Shown in pieces: positions 13,043-28,116 of a stretch of DNA of 64,000 nucleotides. Source of the stretch: Eledone cirrhosa (taxonomy: Eukaryota); contig OZ024766.1 of assembly GCA_964016885.1 (NCBI GenBank), positions 8,122,001 through 8,186,000 on the forward strand, written 5' to 3'. The notes under the pieces are model-generated. The model was not told the origin of the DNA and did not search any database. It saw only the letters and a program-made list of their open reading frames with translations. The stretch's first letter is position 1. Each line of letters begins with the position of its first letter. Made by a program: the position numbers and the translations under genes.

Positions 13043-13822
13043 TAGTTTGCCTTGGTGGCCCTTGAAATATGTACAACAAATTAAATATAACCTCTACATA
13101 TATATTTGTTTCTTTGAAATAAATGTGGGGCTCAATATATATGTATATATATACGCACACACACATACATATATATACACACACACATATATACACATAC
13201 ATACACATATATACATATATATCCATACATACACATACACAAACATATATATATAAATACATATATATATAAACACATACACATATATACACACACGTAC
13301 ATACACAAACATACACACATATATACACGCATACATACGCACACACATATATAGATATATATACACACACCTACATACGCGCACAAACAATTAATTATAA
13401 GAAAAAATAAAAATACATAAATAATAAAAGTATATATGTGTGTATGTATATGTGTGTACATATATGTATATGTGTATGTATATACGACATCCATGGACGA
13501 GTTCTCTCCCTCATTATCATTGCCATGTCCTGCGTCTCCAACAGACCAGTGTCTGTCCTGAGGGCATCAACATACGTTAACCACGGTCTACCTCTTCCAG
13601 TGTGTCTATATATAATACCCAGTACATTACTGGTACTTTATTTTATCGACGCCGTAAGGATGAAAGCAAAGTCAACCTCAATGTAATATATATACTATGT
13701 ATAAATAATTATTATATATTTTTATTTTACTATATATATATATATATAATAAATAATATAATGTATATACTATGTATAAATAAATATTATATATTTTTTA
13801 TTTTACTATATATATATATATA

Positions 13823-13894
<72 letters not shown>

Positions 13895-14070
13895 AAAAGG
13901 GTCAAGAGACCTACGGCAGAGCTCAAGCCATTTCGACGTGCATGGCTAAACACATCTATATACATTTATACACACACAAAAAAATTGGTTGAAAGCAGAC
14001 GACATCTAATGATATATATATATATATAGAATGCCGTTAGCTTCTTGCTAAAACAATCTCTATACGTCTC

Positions 14071-14140
<70 letters not shown>

Positions 14141-14742
14141 GTATATATATATATACACACACACATATATATATGTATGTGTAAATACATAACTATATGT
14201 GTGTGTGTGTGCGTGTTTGTTGTAATGTGTGTACGGTTTTCTCTGTGTGCGTACGCCTGTTGATGTCCGTCTGTGTGTGTTTACATTTGGCATTAATAAA
14301 CTTCGAGCTCCCTATATTTATTGAAATATTATTAATAACAAATAATAACAAAGAACTACATTTAAATACTTTTTTTTTTATGAATAAAAACACAAACTTC
14401 TTCGTAAGAAACCGTATGATTACGACTTTTTTTTTAAAATATTCGAATATAAAATACTTTTAAGCCCACGTTTATTTAACGACTTCAATAATAAAGAGAA
14501 TTGTGTGAAAGATATTTAAAAAGTTTTCATATTTAAAAACAAAATTGCTAAAATTCAATAGTACCCATGATGCTCTAGTAGAAGGAATGAACGAGTTAGC
14601 GACATCAGTTCCTCGGAAAATGTTTTGGGGAAATCTCAAGAACGATAACTCTGTCTGGCTTTAATCGCAAAAATGGGTGCAAAAAATGTTTTTGTTTTTG
14701 GAAATTTTGTTTTGCATCGTTTTAGGAATTTAATTAATTCAA

Positions 14743-14786
<44 letters not shown>

Positions 14787-15566
14787 TAGTTTGCCTTGGT
14801 GGCCCTTGAAATATGTACAACAAATTAAATATAACCTCTACATATATATTTGTTTCTTTGAAATAAATGTGGGGCTCAATATATATGTATATATATACGC
14901 ACACACACATACATATATATACACACACACATATATACACATACATACACATATATACATATATATCCATACATACACATACACAAACATATATATATAA
15001 ATACATATATATATAAACACATACACATATATACACACACGTACATACACAAACATACACACATATATACACGCATACATACGCACACACATATATAGAT
15101 ATATATACACACACCTACATACGCGCACAAACAATTAATTATAAGAAAAAATAAAAATACATAAATAATAAAAGTATATATGTGTGTATGTATATGTGTG
15201 TACATATATGTATATGTGTATGTATATACGACATCCATGGACGAGTTCTCTCCCTCATTATCATTGCCATGTCCTGCGTCTCCAACAGACCAGTGTCTGT
15301 CCTGAGGGCATCAACATACGTTAACCACGGTCTACCTCTTCCAGTGTGTCTATATATAATACCCAGTACATTACTGGTACTTTATTTTATCGACGCCGTA
15401 AGGATGAAAGCAAAGTCAACCTCAATGTAATATATATACTATGTATAAATAATTATTATATATTTTTATTTTACTATATATATATATATATAATAAATAA
15501 TATAATGTATATACTATGTATAAATAAATATTATATATTTTTTATTTTACTATATATATATATATA

Positions 15567-15638
<72 letters not shown>

Positions 15639-15814
15639 AAAAGGGTCAAGAGACCTACGGCAGAGCTCAAGCCATTTCGACGTGCATGGCTAAACACATC
15701 TATATACATTTATACACACACAAAAAAATTGGTTGAAAGCAGACGACATCTAATGATATATATATATATATAGAATGCCGTTAGCTTCTTGCTAAAACAA
15801 TCTCTATACGTCTC

Positions 15815-15888
<74 letters not shown>

Positions 15889-16475
15889 GTATATATATAT
15901 ATACACACACACATATATATATGTATGTGTAAATACATAACTATATGTGTGTGTGTGTGCGTGTTTGTTGTAATGTGTGTACGGTTTTCTCTGTGTGCGT
16001 ACGCCTGTTGATGTCCGTCTGTGTGTGTTTACATTTGGCATTAATAAACTTCGAGCTCCCTATATTTATTGAAATATTATTAATAACAAATAATAACAAA
16101 GAACTACATTTAAATACTTTTTTTTTTATGAATAAAAACACAAACTTCTTCGTAAGAAACCGTATGATTACGACTTTTTTTTTAAAATATTCGAATATAA
16201 AATACTTTTAAGCCCACGTTTATTTAACGACTTCAATAATAAAGAGAATTGTGTGAAAGATATTTAAAAAGTTTTCATATTTAAAAACAAAATTGCTAAA
16301 ATTCAATAGTACCCATGATGCTCTAGTAGAAGGAATGAACGAGTTAGCGACATCAGTTCCTCGGAAAATGTTTTGGGGAAATCTCAAGAACGATAACTCT
16401 GTCTGGCTTTAATCGCAAAAATGGGTGCAAAAAATGTTTTTGTTTTGCATCGTTTTAGGAATTTAATTTATTCAA

Positions 16476-16545
<70 letters not shown>

Positions 16546-17297
16546 TAGTTTGCCTTGGTGGCCCTTGAAATATGTACAACAAATTAAATATAACCTCTAC
16601 ATATATATTTGTTTCTTTGAAATAAATGTGGGGCTCAATATATATGTATATATATACGCACACACACATACATATATATACACACACACATATATACACA
16701 TACATACATATATATCCATACATACACATACACAAACATATATATATAAATACACGTACATACACATACATACACACATATATACACGCATACATACGCA
16801 CACACATATATACACACACCTACATACGCACACATATATATACACACACCTACATACGCGCACAAACAATTAATTATAAGACAAAATAAAAATACATAAA
16901 TAATAAAAGTATATATGTGTGTATGTATATGTGTATACATATATGTATATGTGTATGTATATACGACATCCATGGACGAGTTCTCTCCCTCATTATCATT
17001 GCCATGTCCTGCGTCTCCAACAGACCAGTGTCTGTCCTGAGGGCATCAACATACGTTAACCACGGTCTACCTCTTCCAGTTTGTCTATATATAATACCCA
17101 GTACATTACTGGTACTTTATTTTATCGACGCCGTAAGGATGAAAGCAAAGTCAACCTCAATGTAATATATATACTATGTATAAATAATTATTATATATTT
17201 TTATTTTACTATATATATATATAATAAATAATATAATATATATACTATGTATAAATAAATATTATATATTTTTTATTTTACTATATATATATATATA

Positions 17298-17358
<61 letters not shown>

Positions 17359-17474
17359 GAAAAGGGTCAAGAGACCTACGGCAGAGCTCAAGCCATTTCG
17401 ACGTGCATGGCTAAACACATCTATATACATTTATACACACACAAAAAAATTGGTTGAAAGCAGACGACATCTAA

Positions 17475-17544
<70 letters not shown>

Positions 17545-18146
17545 ATATATATATATATACACACACACATATATATATGTATGTGTAAATACATAACTAT
17601 ATGTGTGTGTGTGTGCGTGTTTGTTGTCATGTGTGTACGGTTTTCTCTGTGTGCGTACGCCTGTTGATGTCCGTCTGTGTGTGTTTACATTTGGCATTAT
17701 TAAACTTCGAGCTCCCTATATTTATTGAAATATTATTAATAACAAATAATAACAAAGAACTACATTTAAATACTTTTTTTTTTATGAAGAAAAACACAAA
17801 CTTCTTCGTAAGAAACCGTATGATTACGACTTTTTTTTTAAAATATTCGAATATAAAATACTTTTAAGCCCACGTTTATTTAACGACTTCAATAATAAAG
17901 AGAATTGTATGAAAGATATTTAAAAAGTTTTCATATTTAAAAACAAAATTGCTAAAATTCAATAGTACCCATGATGCTCTAGTAGAAGGAATGAACGAGT
18001 TAGCGACATCAGTTCCTCGGAAAATGTTTTGGGGAAATCTCAAGAACGATAACTCTGTCTGGCTTTAATCGCAAAAATGGGTGCAAAAAATGTTTTTGTT
18101 TTTGGAAATTTTGTTTTGCATCGTTTTAGGAATTTAATTAATTCAA

Positions 18147-18200
<54 letters not shown>

Positions 18201-18963
18201 TAGTTTGCCTTGGTGGCCCTTGAAATATGTACAACAAATTAAATATAACCTCTACATATATATTTGTTTCTTTGAAATAAATGTGGGGCTCAATATATAT
18301 GTATATATATACGCACACACACATACATATATATACACACACACATATATACACATACATACATATATATCCATACATACACATACACAAACATATATAT
18401 ATAAATACACGTACATACACATACATACACACATATATACACGCATACATACGCACACACATATATACACACACCTACATACGCACACATATATATACAC
18501 ACACCTACATACGCGCACAAACAATTAATTATAAGACAAAATAAAAATACATAAATAATAAAAGTATATATGTGTGTATGTATATGTGTATACATATATG
18601 TATATGTGTATGTATATACGACATCCATGGACGAGTTCTCTCCCTCATTATCATTGCCATGTCCTGCGTCTCCAACAGACCAGTGTCTGTCCTGAGGGCA
18701 TCAACATACGTTAACCACGGTCTACCTCTTCCAGTTTGTCTATATATAATACCCAGTACATTACTGGTACTTTATTTTATCGACGCCGTAAGGATGAAAG
18801 CAAAGTCAACCTCAATGTAATATATATACTATGTATAAATAATTATTATATATTTTTATTTTACTATATATATATATATAATAAATAATATAATATATAT
18901 ACTATGTATAAATAAATATTATATATTTTTTATTTTACTATATATATATATATATTATATATA

Positions 18964-19172
18964 GGAACGATCGACCTTCGTCAAATCGGACCGAGGGAAC
19001 AATGTTTCCGTTGGTCTTTCCAATTGCTAATACTATCTATCGGTCGCAACTCCAGGTAGAAGGAGCAACGTGAAATAAAGTGTCTTGCTCAAGGACATAA
19101 CGCATCGCCTGGTCCAGGAATCGAACTCACAACCTTACGATTGCGAATCCAATTCCCTAACCACTCAGCCAC
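18964..19172 (-). mobile_element. tRNA-derived SINE inserted in one satellite unit
   Basis: Minus strand TGGCTGAGTGG...GAGTTCGATTCC and CCTTGAGCAAGACACTT. Absent from the other five units. Confidence 0.7.
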
Positions 19173-19179
19173 ATATATA

Positions 19180-19372
<193 letters not shown>

Positions 19373-19488
19373 GAAAAGGGTCAAGAGACCTACGGCAGAG
19401 CTCAAGCCATTTCGACGTGCATGGCTAAACACATCTATATACATTTATACACACACAAAAAAATTGGTTGAAAGCAGACGACATCTAA

Positions 19489-19530
<42 letters not shown>

Positions 19531-20132
19531 GTATATATATATATACACACACACATATATATATGTATGTGTAAATACATAACTATATGTGTGTGTGTGT
19601 GCGTGTTTGTTGTAATGTGTGTACGGTTTTCTCTGTGTGCGTACGCCTGTTGATGTCCGTCTGTGTGTGTTTACATTTGGCATTAATAAACTTCGAGCTC
19701 CCTATATTTATTGAAATATTTTTAATAACAAATAATAACAAAGAACTACATTTAAATACTTTTTTTTTTATGAATAAAAACACAAACTTCTTCGTAAGAA
19801 ACCGTATGATTACGACTTTTTTTTTAAAATATTCGAATATAAAATACTTTTAAGCCCACGTTTATTTAACGACTTCAATAATAAAGAGAATTGTGTGAAA
19901 GATATTTAAAAAGTTTTCATATTTAAAAACAAAATTGCTAAAATTCAATAGTACCCATGATGCTCTAGTAGAAGGAATGAACGAGTTAGCGACATCAGTT
20001 CCTCGGAAAATGTTTTGGGGAAATCTCAAGAACGATAACTCTGTCTGGCTTTAATCGCAAAAATGGGTGCAAAAAATGTTTTTGTTTTTGGAAATTTTGT
20101 TTTGCATCGTTTTAGGAATTTAATTAATTCAA

Positions 20133-20190
<58 letters not shown>

Positions 20191-20966
20191 TAGTTTGCCT
20201 TGGTGGCCCTTGAAATATGTACAACAAATTAAATATAACCTCTACATATATATTTGTTTCTTTGAAATAAATGTGGGGCTCAATATATATGTATATATAT
20301 ACGCACACACACATACATATATATACACACACACATATATACACATACAGACACATATATACATATATATCCATACATACACATACACAAACATATATAT
20401 ATAAATACATATATATAAACACATACACATATATACACACACGTACATACACAAACATACACACATATATACACGCATACATACGCACACACATATATAG
20501 ATATATATACACACACCTACATACGCGCACAAACAATTAATTATAAGAAAAAATAAAAATACATAAATAATAAAAGTATATATGTGTGTATGTATATGTG
20601 TGTACATATATGTATATGTGTATGTATATACGACATCCATGGACGAGTTCTCTCCCTCATTATCATTGCCATGTCCTGCGTCTCCAACAGACCAGTGTCT
20701 GTCCTGAGGGCATCAACATACGTTAACCACGGTCTACCTCTTCCAGTGTGTCTATATATAATACCCAGTACATTACTGGTACTTTATTTTATCGACGCCG
20801 TAAGGATGAAAGCAAAGTCAACCTCAATGTAATATATATACTATGTATAAATAATTATTATATATTTTTATTTTACTATATATATATATATAATAAATAA
20901 TATAATATATATACTATGTATAAATAAATATTATATATTTTTTATTTTACTATATATATATATATA

Positions 20967-21057
<91 letters not shown>

Positions 21058-21173
21058 GAAAAGGGTCAAGAGACCTACGGCAGAGCTCAAGCCATTTCGA
21101 CGTGCATGGCTAAACACATCTATATACATTTATACACACACAAAAAAATTGGTTGAAAGCAGACGACATCTAA

Positions 21174-21237
<64 letters not shown>

Positions 21238-21842
21238 GTATATATATATATATACACACACACATATATATATGTATGTGTAAATACATAACTATATGTG
21301 TGTGTGTGTGCGTGTTTGTTGTCATGTGTGTACGGTTTTCTCTGTGTGCGTACGCCTGTTGATGTCCGTCTGTGTGTGTTTACATTTGGCATTATTAAAC
21401 TTCGAGCTCCCTATATTTATTGAAATATTATTAATAACAAATAATAACAAAGAACTACATTTAAATACTTTTTTTTTTATGAATAAAAACACAAACTTCT
21501 TCGTAAGAAACCGTATGATTACGACTTTTTTTTTTAAAATATTCGAATATAAAATACTTTTAAGCCCACGATTATTTAACGACTTCAATAATAAAGAGAA
21601 TTGTGTGAAAGATATTTAAAAAGTTTTCATATTTAAAAACAAAATTGCTAAAATTCAATAGTACCCATGATGCTCTAGTAGAAGGAATGAACGAGTTAGC
21701 GACATCAGTTCCTCGGAAAATGTTTTGGGGAAATCTCAAGAACGATAACTCTGTCTGGCTTTAATCGCAAAAATGGGTGCAAAAAATGTTTTTGTTTTTG
21801 GAAATTTTGTTTTGCATCGTTTTAGGAATTTAATTAATTCAA

Positions 21843-21880
<38 letters not shown>

Positions 21881-22284
21881 TAGTTTGCCTTGGTGGCCCT
21901 TGAAATATGTACAACAAATTAAATATAACCTCTACATATATATTTGTTTCTTTGAAATAAATGTGGGGCTCAATATATATGTATATATATACGCACACAC
22001 ACATACATATATATACACACACACATATATACACATACATACATATATATCCATACATACACATACACAAACATATATATATAAATACACGTACATACAC
22101 ATACATACACACATATATACACGCATACATACGCACACACATATATAGATATATATACACACACCTACATACGCGCACAAACAATTAATTATAAGAAAAA
22201 ATAAAAATACATAAATAATAAAAGTATATATGTGTGTATGTATATGTGTGTACATATATGTATATGTGTATGTATATACGACAT

Positions 22285-22500
22285 CCATGGACGAGTTCTC
22301 TCCCTCATTATCACTGCCATGTCCTGCGTCTCCAACAGACCAGTGTCTGTCCTTAGGACATCAACATACGTTAACCACGGTCTACCTCTTCCAGTGTGTC
22401 TATATAGGGGCTCCCACAGGAACACTGGTTGCAATGTCAACTCTGGTTGTCGGTGGGCATGTCCCGCTAACCTCAATCTCATCTGTGTCACATTTGAGCT
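22285..22500 (-). mobile_element. RTE-like LINE C-terminal fragment at the satellite boundary
   Basis: [13 protein letters not shown]...LWEP...GRGRPWLTYVDVLRTDTGL. Only its left part is carried in the repeat units. Confidence 0.65.
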
Positions 22501-22767
22501 GACTTATATACATATATGTATACATATACATATATGTATGTATATACATATGTATATAATATATATATACATATACATATATGTATGTATATACATATGT
22601 ATATAATATATATATATATATACATATATGTATGTATATAATATATATATACATATATGTATGTATATATATGTATATAATATATATACATATACATATA
22701 TGTATGTATATATATAATATATATACATATACATATATGTATGTATATAATATATATACATATATGC

Positions 22768-22829
<62 letters not shown>

Positions 22830-22838
22830 TCATATATG

Positions 22839-22888
<50 letters not shown>

Positions 22889-22941
22889 GCGATGAATTAG
22901 TTTTGCGAGGTTTTTTATATGAAATCGTGTGACGAAACAAA

Positions 22942-23315
22942 TATTGTTATACTTGGGGAGGGTCATATTTGTGTAATATTGCCAGAATTAATAACAGAAC
23001 ACACTCATTTTCTACGCCATCTTTTCTACGAAAAGATGGCGTAGAAAATACAACGCAACGGCAGGAAACAATAGCACCACTGACGATGTTACAGATGTGC
23101 AACGAAAGAACTCTGGTAAACTATATATATGTGTTTGTGTCTATATTGTATCTGTATTATTTTTTACCGTTGGTCAGTCAATGGCAACATTGAGGACCGA
23201 ATATATTGGATTACCGATATAAAAGACACAGAAGCGAAAACCAACCAAACAGTGAGTGTGTTCTGTTATTAATTCTGGCAATATTACACAAATATGACCC
23301 TCCCCAAGTATAACA

Positions 23316-23317
<2 letters not shown>
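22942..23317. repeat. Inverted repeat (~66-bp arms) enclosing an 18-bp stem-loop and a hammerhead-like motif
   Basis: TTGTTATACTTGGGGAGGGTCATATTTG...CACTCA is mirrored at 23253-23317. Confidence 0.8.
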
Positions 23318-23374
<57 letters not shown>

Positions 23375-23458
23375 AAAGTTCTATTTAAATTGTTGGGATA
23401 CGACAAGTAAATATTTCTATAACTGATATAAAGCACTCGACAAGTATTTGGAGTAGAT

Positions 23459-23689
23459 ATACGATATTAATAAATGGAAACTATATTTATAAAACCATAT
23501 TTATTTCATTATACATATTTCAAGGATACCAAGTTAAATTATGGTATGCCTTCATTAGACAAAATACAATATATATCAGTTGTATTTTGTCTGATGAAGG
23601 CATACCATAATTTAACTTGGTATCCTTGAAATATGTATAATGAAATAAATATCATTTTATAAATATAGTTTCCATTTATTAATATCGTA

Positions 23690-23690
<1 letters not shown>
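23459..23690. repeat. Hairpin with ~110-bp arms containing a hammerhead motif (Penelope-like)
   Basis: Arms 23459-23569 and 23580-23690. CTGATGA at 23591 and GAAA at 23628. Same family as 7250-7597. Confidence 0.8.
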
Positions 23691-23734
<44 letters not shown>

Positions 23735-24059
23735 GTAATAAAAAATATAAAGACCAAAACCCAAAGAGGACTGGATAAAGTTTCGGATGACCCTGCTAAG
23801 AGTAAAAGCAGAAATGCTTTGTTTAAACTTTTAATTCGGACTGCTAATACATATATATATATATATTTATATCATCTTCAATGTAGAGAAATGGTTTACA
23901 TAGGACTAGAATTGTTTCAAAATGCAATCAGGCAGGGAGGAAAAGGCTAACCTGACTGGAAATACGTATTCCTGCGGCTAGAGCAAGAAAGCTAGCTGTT
24001 TTGTTGCTTTCTGACCAGATACGAATCTGTGGCTGAAGAATAAGAAGCTACAACAACGT

Positions 24060-24183
24060 TAATGGCGGAGAAGAGAAAAAAATATCTTTAAAATCTTTAA
24101 TTTAATAACAAAGAGATTATTTCTTTAGTTGTTTAATAAAATATAAAAAGAGAACAGATTGATTACATGTGGAGAGGGTAAGT
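24060..24183 (+). promoter_or_regulatory. Putative non-coding exon 1 and 5' splice donor of family A genes
   Basis: AATGGCGG (YY1-like motif, often near transcription starts) then AGG|GTAAGT. Conserved in all six units (GT at 24178, 32278, 37369, 41974, 47254, 57902). Confidence 0.5.
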
Positions 24184-24554
24184 TGAGAAAGATTTACTTG
24201 AAGTCTAAAATAATGTGTGTAAATAATAGAATTATGTGAACCTAACAGCGATACAGTAATTATATAGAGGTGAAAGTATTTAACAACTTTGGACATATTT
24301 CTTCACTTTTATATACAGGAAAATACTGGGGACATATTTATTTCATAAATACATTACAAATCGTTTGCAATTCTTTCACAATGAATATATAAACAGAGCA
24401 TGTAAATAAATTTACAGTGGAATAACATAACAAATATGTTTTAAATATACACATAAATAACATTATAAATGCTCAGACAACATTATAAATAGCTCCCGAT
24501 TCTGTCAGAAGGACGTATTCTTTTAATGTTACAATATTAAAGAAAATGTAAAGA

Positions 24555-24820
24555 AAGGGGTGAACAACGGAGCCAACACCAGGGCAAAAGACAGCAACGA
24601 GGAGTACTGGGCAACCTCTCTAATGATTTTTTGAGGCAAGCCAGCACACTGGCAGTGTAACTTCGGGTGATGGCGAGGCTGATGCGCTGAAACAGCCAAG
24701 CACCCTCGCGCGGTTCGCCAGTTACCTCTATTAGGCGAGCCGCCAGTGAAGAGAGGAACCTCGCAGTCAGCGGCCCGACTCCCCCAAACGTCTCGAAAGC
24801 CACAGGCTGAAAAATGTAGC
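24555..24820 (-). mobile_element. CRE-like retrotransposon C-terminal relic in the ZNF intron (also ~32655, 37750, 42350, 47610, 58275)
   Basis: YIFQPVAFETFGGVGPLTARFLSSLAARLIEVTGEPREGAWLFQRISLAITR..ASVL resembles the C-terminus of CRE-clade RLE elements. Confidence 0.65.
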
Positions 24821-25199
24821 TAAATACTTCTAGACTGAAATGTTGATGTCGTAATTTTGGTAAATTTATAGGAAAAACACTCATTCCCTCGATTTCAGTG
24901 GGGAAGTTAGTTTTTTGAGTTATCAATTAATGTAACCTCTTGGATGCTGGCAATCGAATTATTCCCCCGAAAAACAAATAGACGGATACTCTAAACTTTA
25001 AAACTAAACCCTTAATCTAACCCTTTAGCATTTAAACCAGATATAATGTAATTAAGTAAGAAAGTTATTAATTAAAATTTAATTACATTTTTAATTATTT
25101 AATTTTATATTTTTGATTTCTGTTTAATTTTTTTTTTTTTTATAATTTTAGGTAAAGTAAATACGAAACATAAATTATAATTTTTTTCTTTTTGATTGA

Positions 25200-25572
25200 G
25201 GTTGTAACGAAGGTTTACAACTACATGTTGTGGGAGCGTATTGTATGACTGCCAGCCTTCGGTGGATTGTGGGGTTGTTAGGGTCCACAAGGTTGTAACG
25301 AGGGTTACCAACTTGTTGTGGGAGGACATTGTATGACTGCCAGCCTTTGGTGGATTGTGGGGTTGTTAGGGTCCACAAGGTTGTAACGGGGGTTTCCAAC
25401 TACATGTTGTGGGAGGACATTATATGACTGCCAGCCTTTGGTTACAATGCGATTACATGGACGAATGTACAGAGCAATGGTGGGTAAAAGGGTTGCTACA
25501 TCTCTTTGTTCCACAGGTACCACCATTGTCACATTGGTACCTCACTCCACCATAACACGAACCCTTACCCAG
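25200..25572 (-). mobile_element. Merlin (IS1595/ISXO2-like DDE) transposase relic, 3' part deleted
   Basis: VPVEQRDVATLLPTIALYIRP..IVT.GWQSYNVL. Confidence 0.7.
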
Positions 25573-26412
25573 AAAAATAAACAACAATAATTTTAAAAAA
25601 ATTAAATAATGCAAAATTTAATTAATAACTTTCTTACTAACATTTAAAAAAAAACAATTTTAACAAATTGTACTTTTCTTAAGATTATATTTAAAAATAA
25701 TTTAACAAGAATAAAAATAAATAAATTAAATAATTTAAAATTTAATTAATAATAACTTTCTTAATTAATTACATTAACAAAATAATAATAATTTAAAATA
25801 AACATTAAAATATTTTAAAAAATCAAAAAAATAAATAAAATTAAATAATTTAAAATTTAATTAAAATTTAATTAATAACTTTCTTACTTAGTAACATTTA
25901 AAAAAGAATAATTTTTAAAAATAATTTAACAAAATATATAAATTAAATAATTTAAAATTTAACTAATAATAACTTTCTTACTTAATTACATAAAAAAATA
26001 ATAATAATAATTTGAAATAAACAAATTAAATAATTTAAAATATAATTAAAATTTAATTAACATTAACTTTCCTACTTAATTACATTAAATAAAAAAAAAT
26101 AATTTAACTACAAGATGCCCATCAAATTAATTCTGTAAAATACCATTTTAATATCCTCTCCTCTATATCTTATTTTGTTTCTCTGTTATTTCAGAATATC
26201 ACCTGACATTGACAGAAGAGAAATTTTAAATTGAGATACATCATCAATATCATCTTTTAAAAGACTAACACAAGATTTTACATAAATCTTTGTCTATAAA
26301 ACATTTGATGAATTACATTGAAATATTTCTTCTGAATTGAGGTTTGTAAATAAATTTCTCTTCTTCACACTCTGGAGAGTGTACGAGAAGATTTATATTT
26401 TCACCTGAAGAG

Positions 26413-28116
26413 ATGTCGAAGGAGATAGGGGAATCATTATATCACTGTGATGTCTGTGGTAAATCATTCGCTGAAGAAGATAGCCTCTTAACACACAAAC
26501 ATACTCATACAGGAAAGAGACCATACCACTGTGATATCTGTGGTAAGTCATTCTCACGGAGAGGAACCTTGACTACACACAAACGTATACATGCAGAAGA
26601 GAAGCCATATCACTGTGATATCTGTGGTAAGTCATTCTCACAGGCAGGAACGTTAACTAATCACAAACATATACACACAGGAGAGAAGCCTCATCACTGT
26701 GATATCTGTGGTAAGTCATTCTCGCAGACAGATTACTTAACAACGCACAAGCGTATACATACAGGAGAGAAGCCATATCGCTGTGATATCTGTGGTAAGT
26801 CATTCTCACAGGCAGGAACGTTAACTAATCACAAACATATACACACAGGAGAGAAGCCTCATCGCTGTGATATCTGTCGTAAGTCATTCTCACAGGCAGG
26901 AACGTTAACTAAGCACAAACATATACACACAGGAGAGAAGCCATATCACTGTGATATCTGTGGTAAGTCATTCTCACATGCAGGAAACTTGACTACGCAT
27001 AAATATATACATACAGGAGAGAAGCCATATCAGTGTGATATCTGTGGTAAGTCATTCTCACATCCAGGAACCTTGACTACACACAAATATATACATACAG
27101 GAGAGAAGCCATACCACTGTGATATCTGTGGTAAGTCATTCTCACACAGGGGAAACTTAACAACACACAAATATATACACAGAGCAGAGAAATCCCATCG
27201 CTGTGATATCTGTGGTAAGTCCTTCTCGCAGACGGTTCATTTAACAATACACAAATATATTCATACAGGAGAGAAACCATATCATTGTGATATCTGTGGT
27301 AAGTCATTCTCACATGCAGGAAACTTGACTACGCACACATATATACATACAGGAGAGAAGCCATATCAGTGTGATATCTGTGGTAAGTCATTCTCACATC
27401 CAGGAACCTTGACTACACACAAATATATACATACGGGAGAGAAGCCATACCACTGTGATATCTGTGGTAAGTTATTCTCACACAGGGGAAACTTAACTAC
27501 ACACAAATATATACACAGAGGAGAGAAGCCTCATTGCTGTGATATCTGTGGTAAGTCATTCTCACAGACAGATTATGTAACACAACACAAACGTATACAT
27601 ACAGGAGAGAAGCCATACCACTGTGATATCTGTGGTAAGTCATTTTCACACAGGGGAAATTTAACAACACACAAATATATACACAGAGCAAAGAAGCCCC
27701 ATCGCTGTGATATCTGTGGTAAGTCATTCTCACAGACAGGAACGTTAACTAAGCACAAATATATACACACAGGAGAGAAGCCATATCACTGTGATATCTG
27801 TGGTAAGTTATTCTCACAGAGAGGAAACTTAACAGCACACAAATATATACATAGAGGAGAGAAACCTCATTGCTGTGATATCTGTGGTAAGTCATTCTCA
27901 CATGCAGGAAACTTGACTACACACAAACGTATACATACAGGAGAGAAGCCATATCAATGTGATATCTGTGGTAAATCATTCTCACAGGCAGGAACGTTAA
28001 CTATACACAAATATATACATACAGGAGAGAAACCTCATCGCTGTGATATCTGTGGTAAGTCATTCTCACATGCAGGAACCTTGACTACACACAAATGTAT
28101 ACATACAGGAAATTGA
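26413..28116 (+). CDS. C2H2 zinc-finger protein, family A copy 2 (20 fingers)
   Basis: Intact 567-aa ORF with canonical fingers and linkers. Confidence 0.92.
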   Translation: MSKEIGESLYHCDVCGKSFAEEDSLLTHKHTHTGKRPYHCDICGKSFSRRGTLTTHKRIHAEEKPYHCDICGKSFSQAGTLTNHKHIHTGEKPHHCDICGKSFSQTDYLTTHKRIHTGEKPYRCDICGKSFSQAGTLTNHKHIHTGEKPHRCDICRKSFSQAGTLTKHKHIHTGEKPYHCDICGKSFSHAGNLTTHKYIHTGEKPYQCDICGKSFSHPGTLTTHKYIHTGEKPYHCDICGKSFSHRGNLTTHKYIHRAEKSHRCDICGKSFSQTVHLTIHKYIHTGEKPYHCDICGKSFSHAGNLTTHTYIHTGEKPYQCDICGKSFSHPGTLTTHKYIHTGEKPYHCDICGKLFSHRGNLTTHKYIHRGEKPHCCDICGKSFSQTDYVTQHKRIHTGEKPYHCDICGKSFSHRGNLTTHKYIHRAKKPHRCDICGKSFSQTGTLTKHKYIHTGEKPYHCDICGKLFSQRGNLTAHKYIHRGEKPHCCDICGKSFSHAGNLTTHKRIHTGEKPYQCDICGKSFSQAGTLTIHKYIHTGEKPHRCDICGKSFSHAGTLTTHKCIHTGN

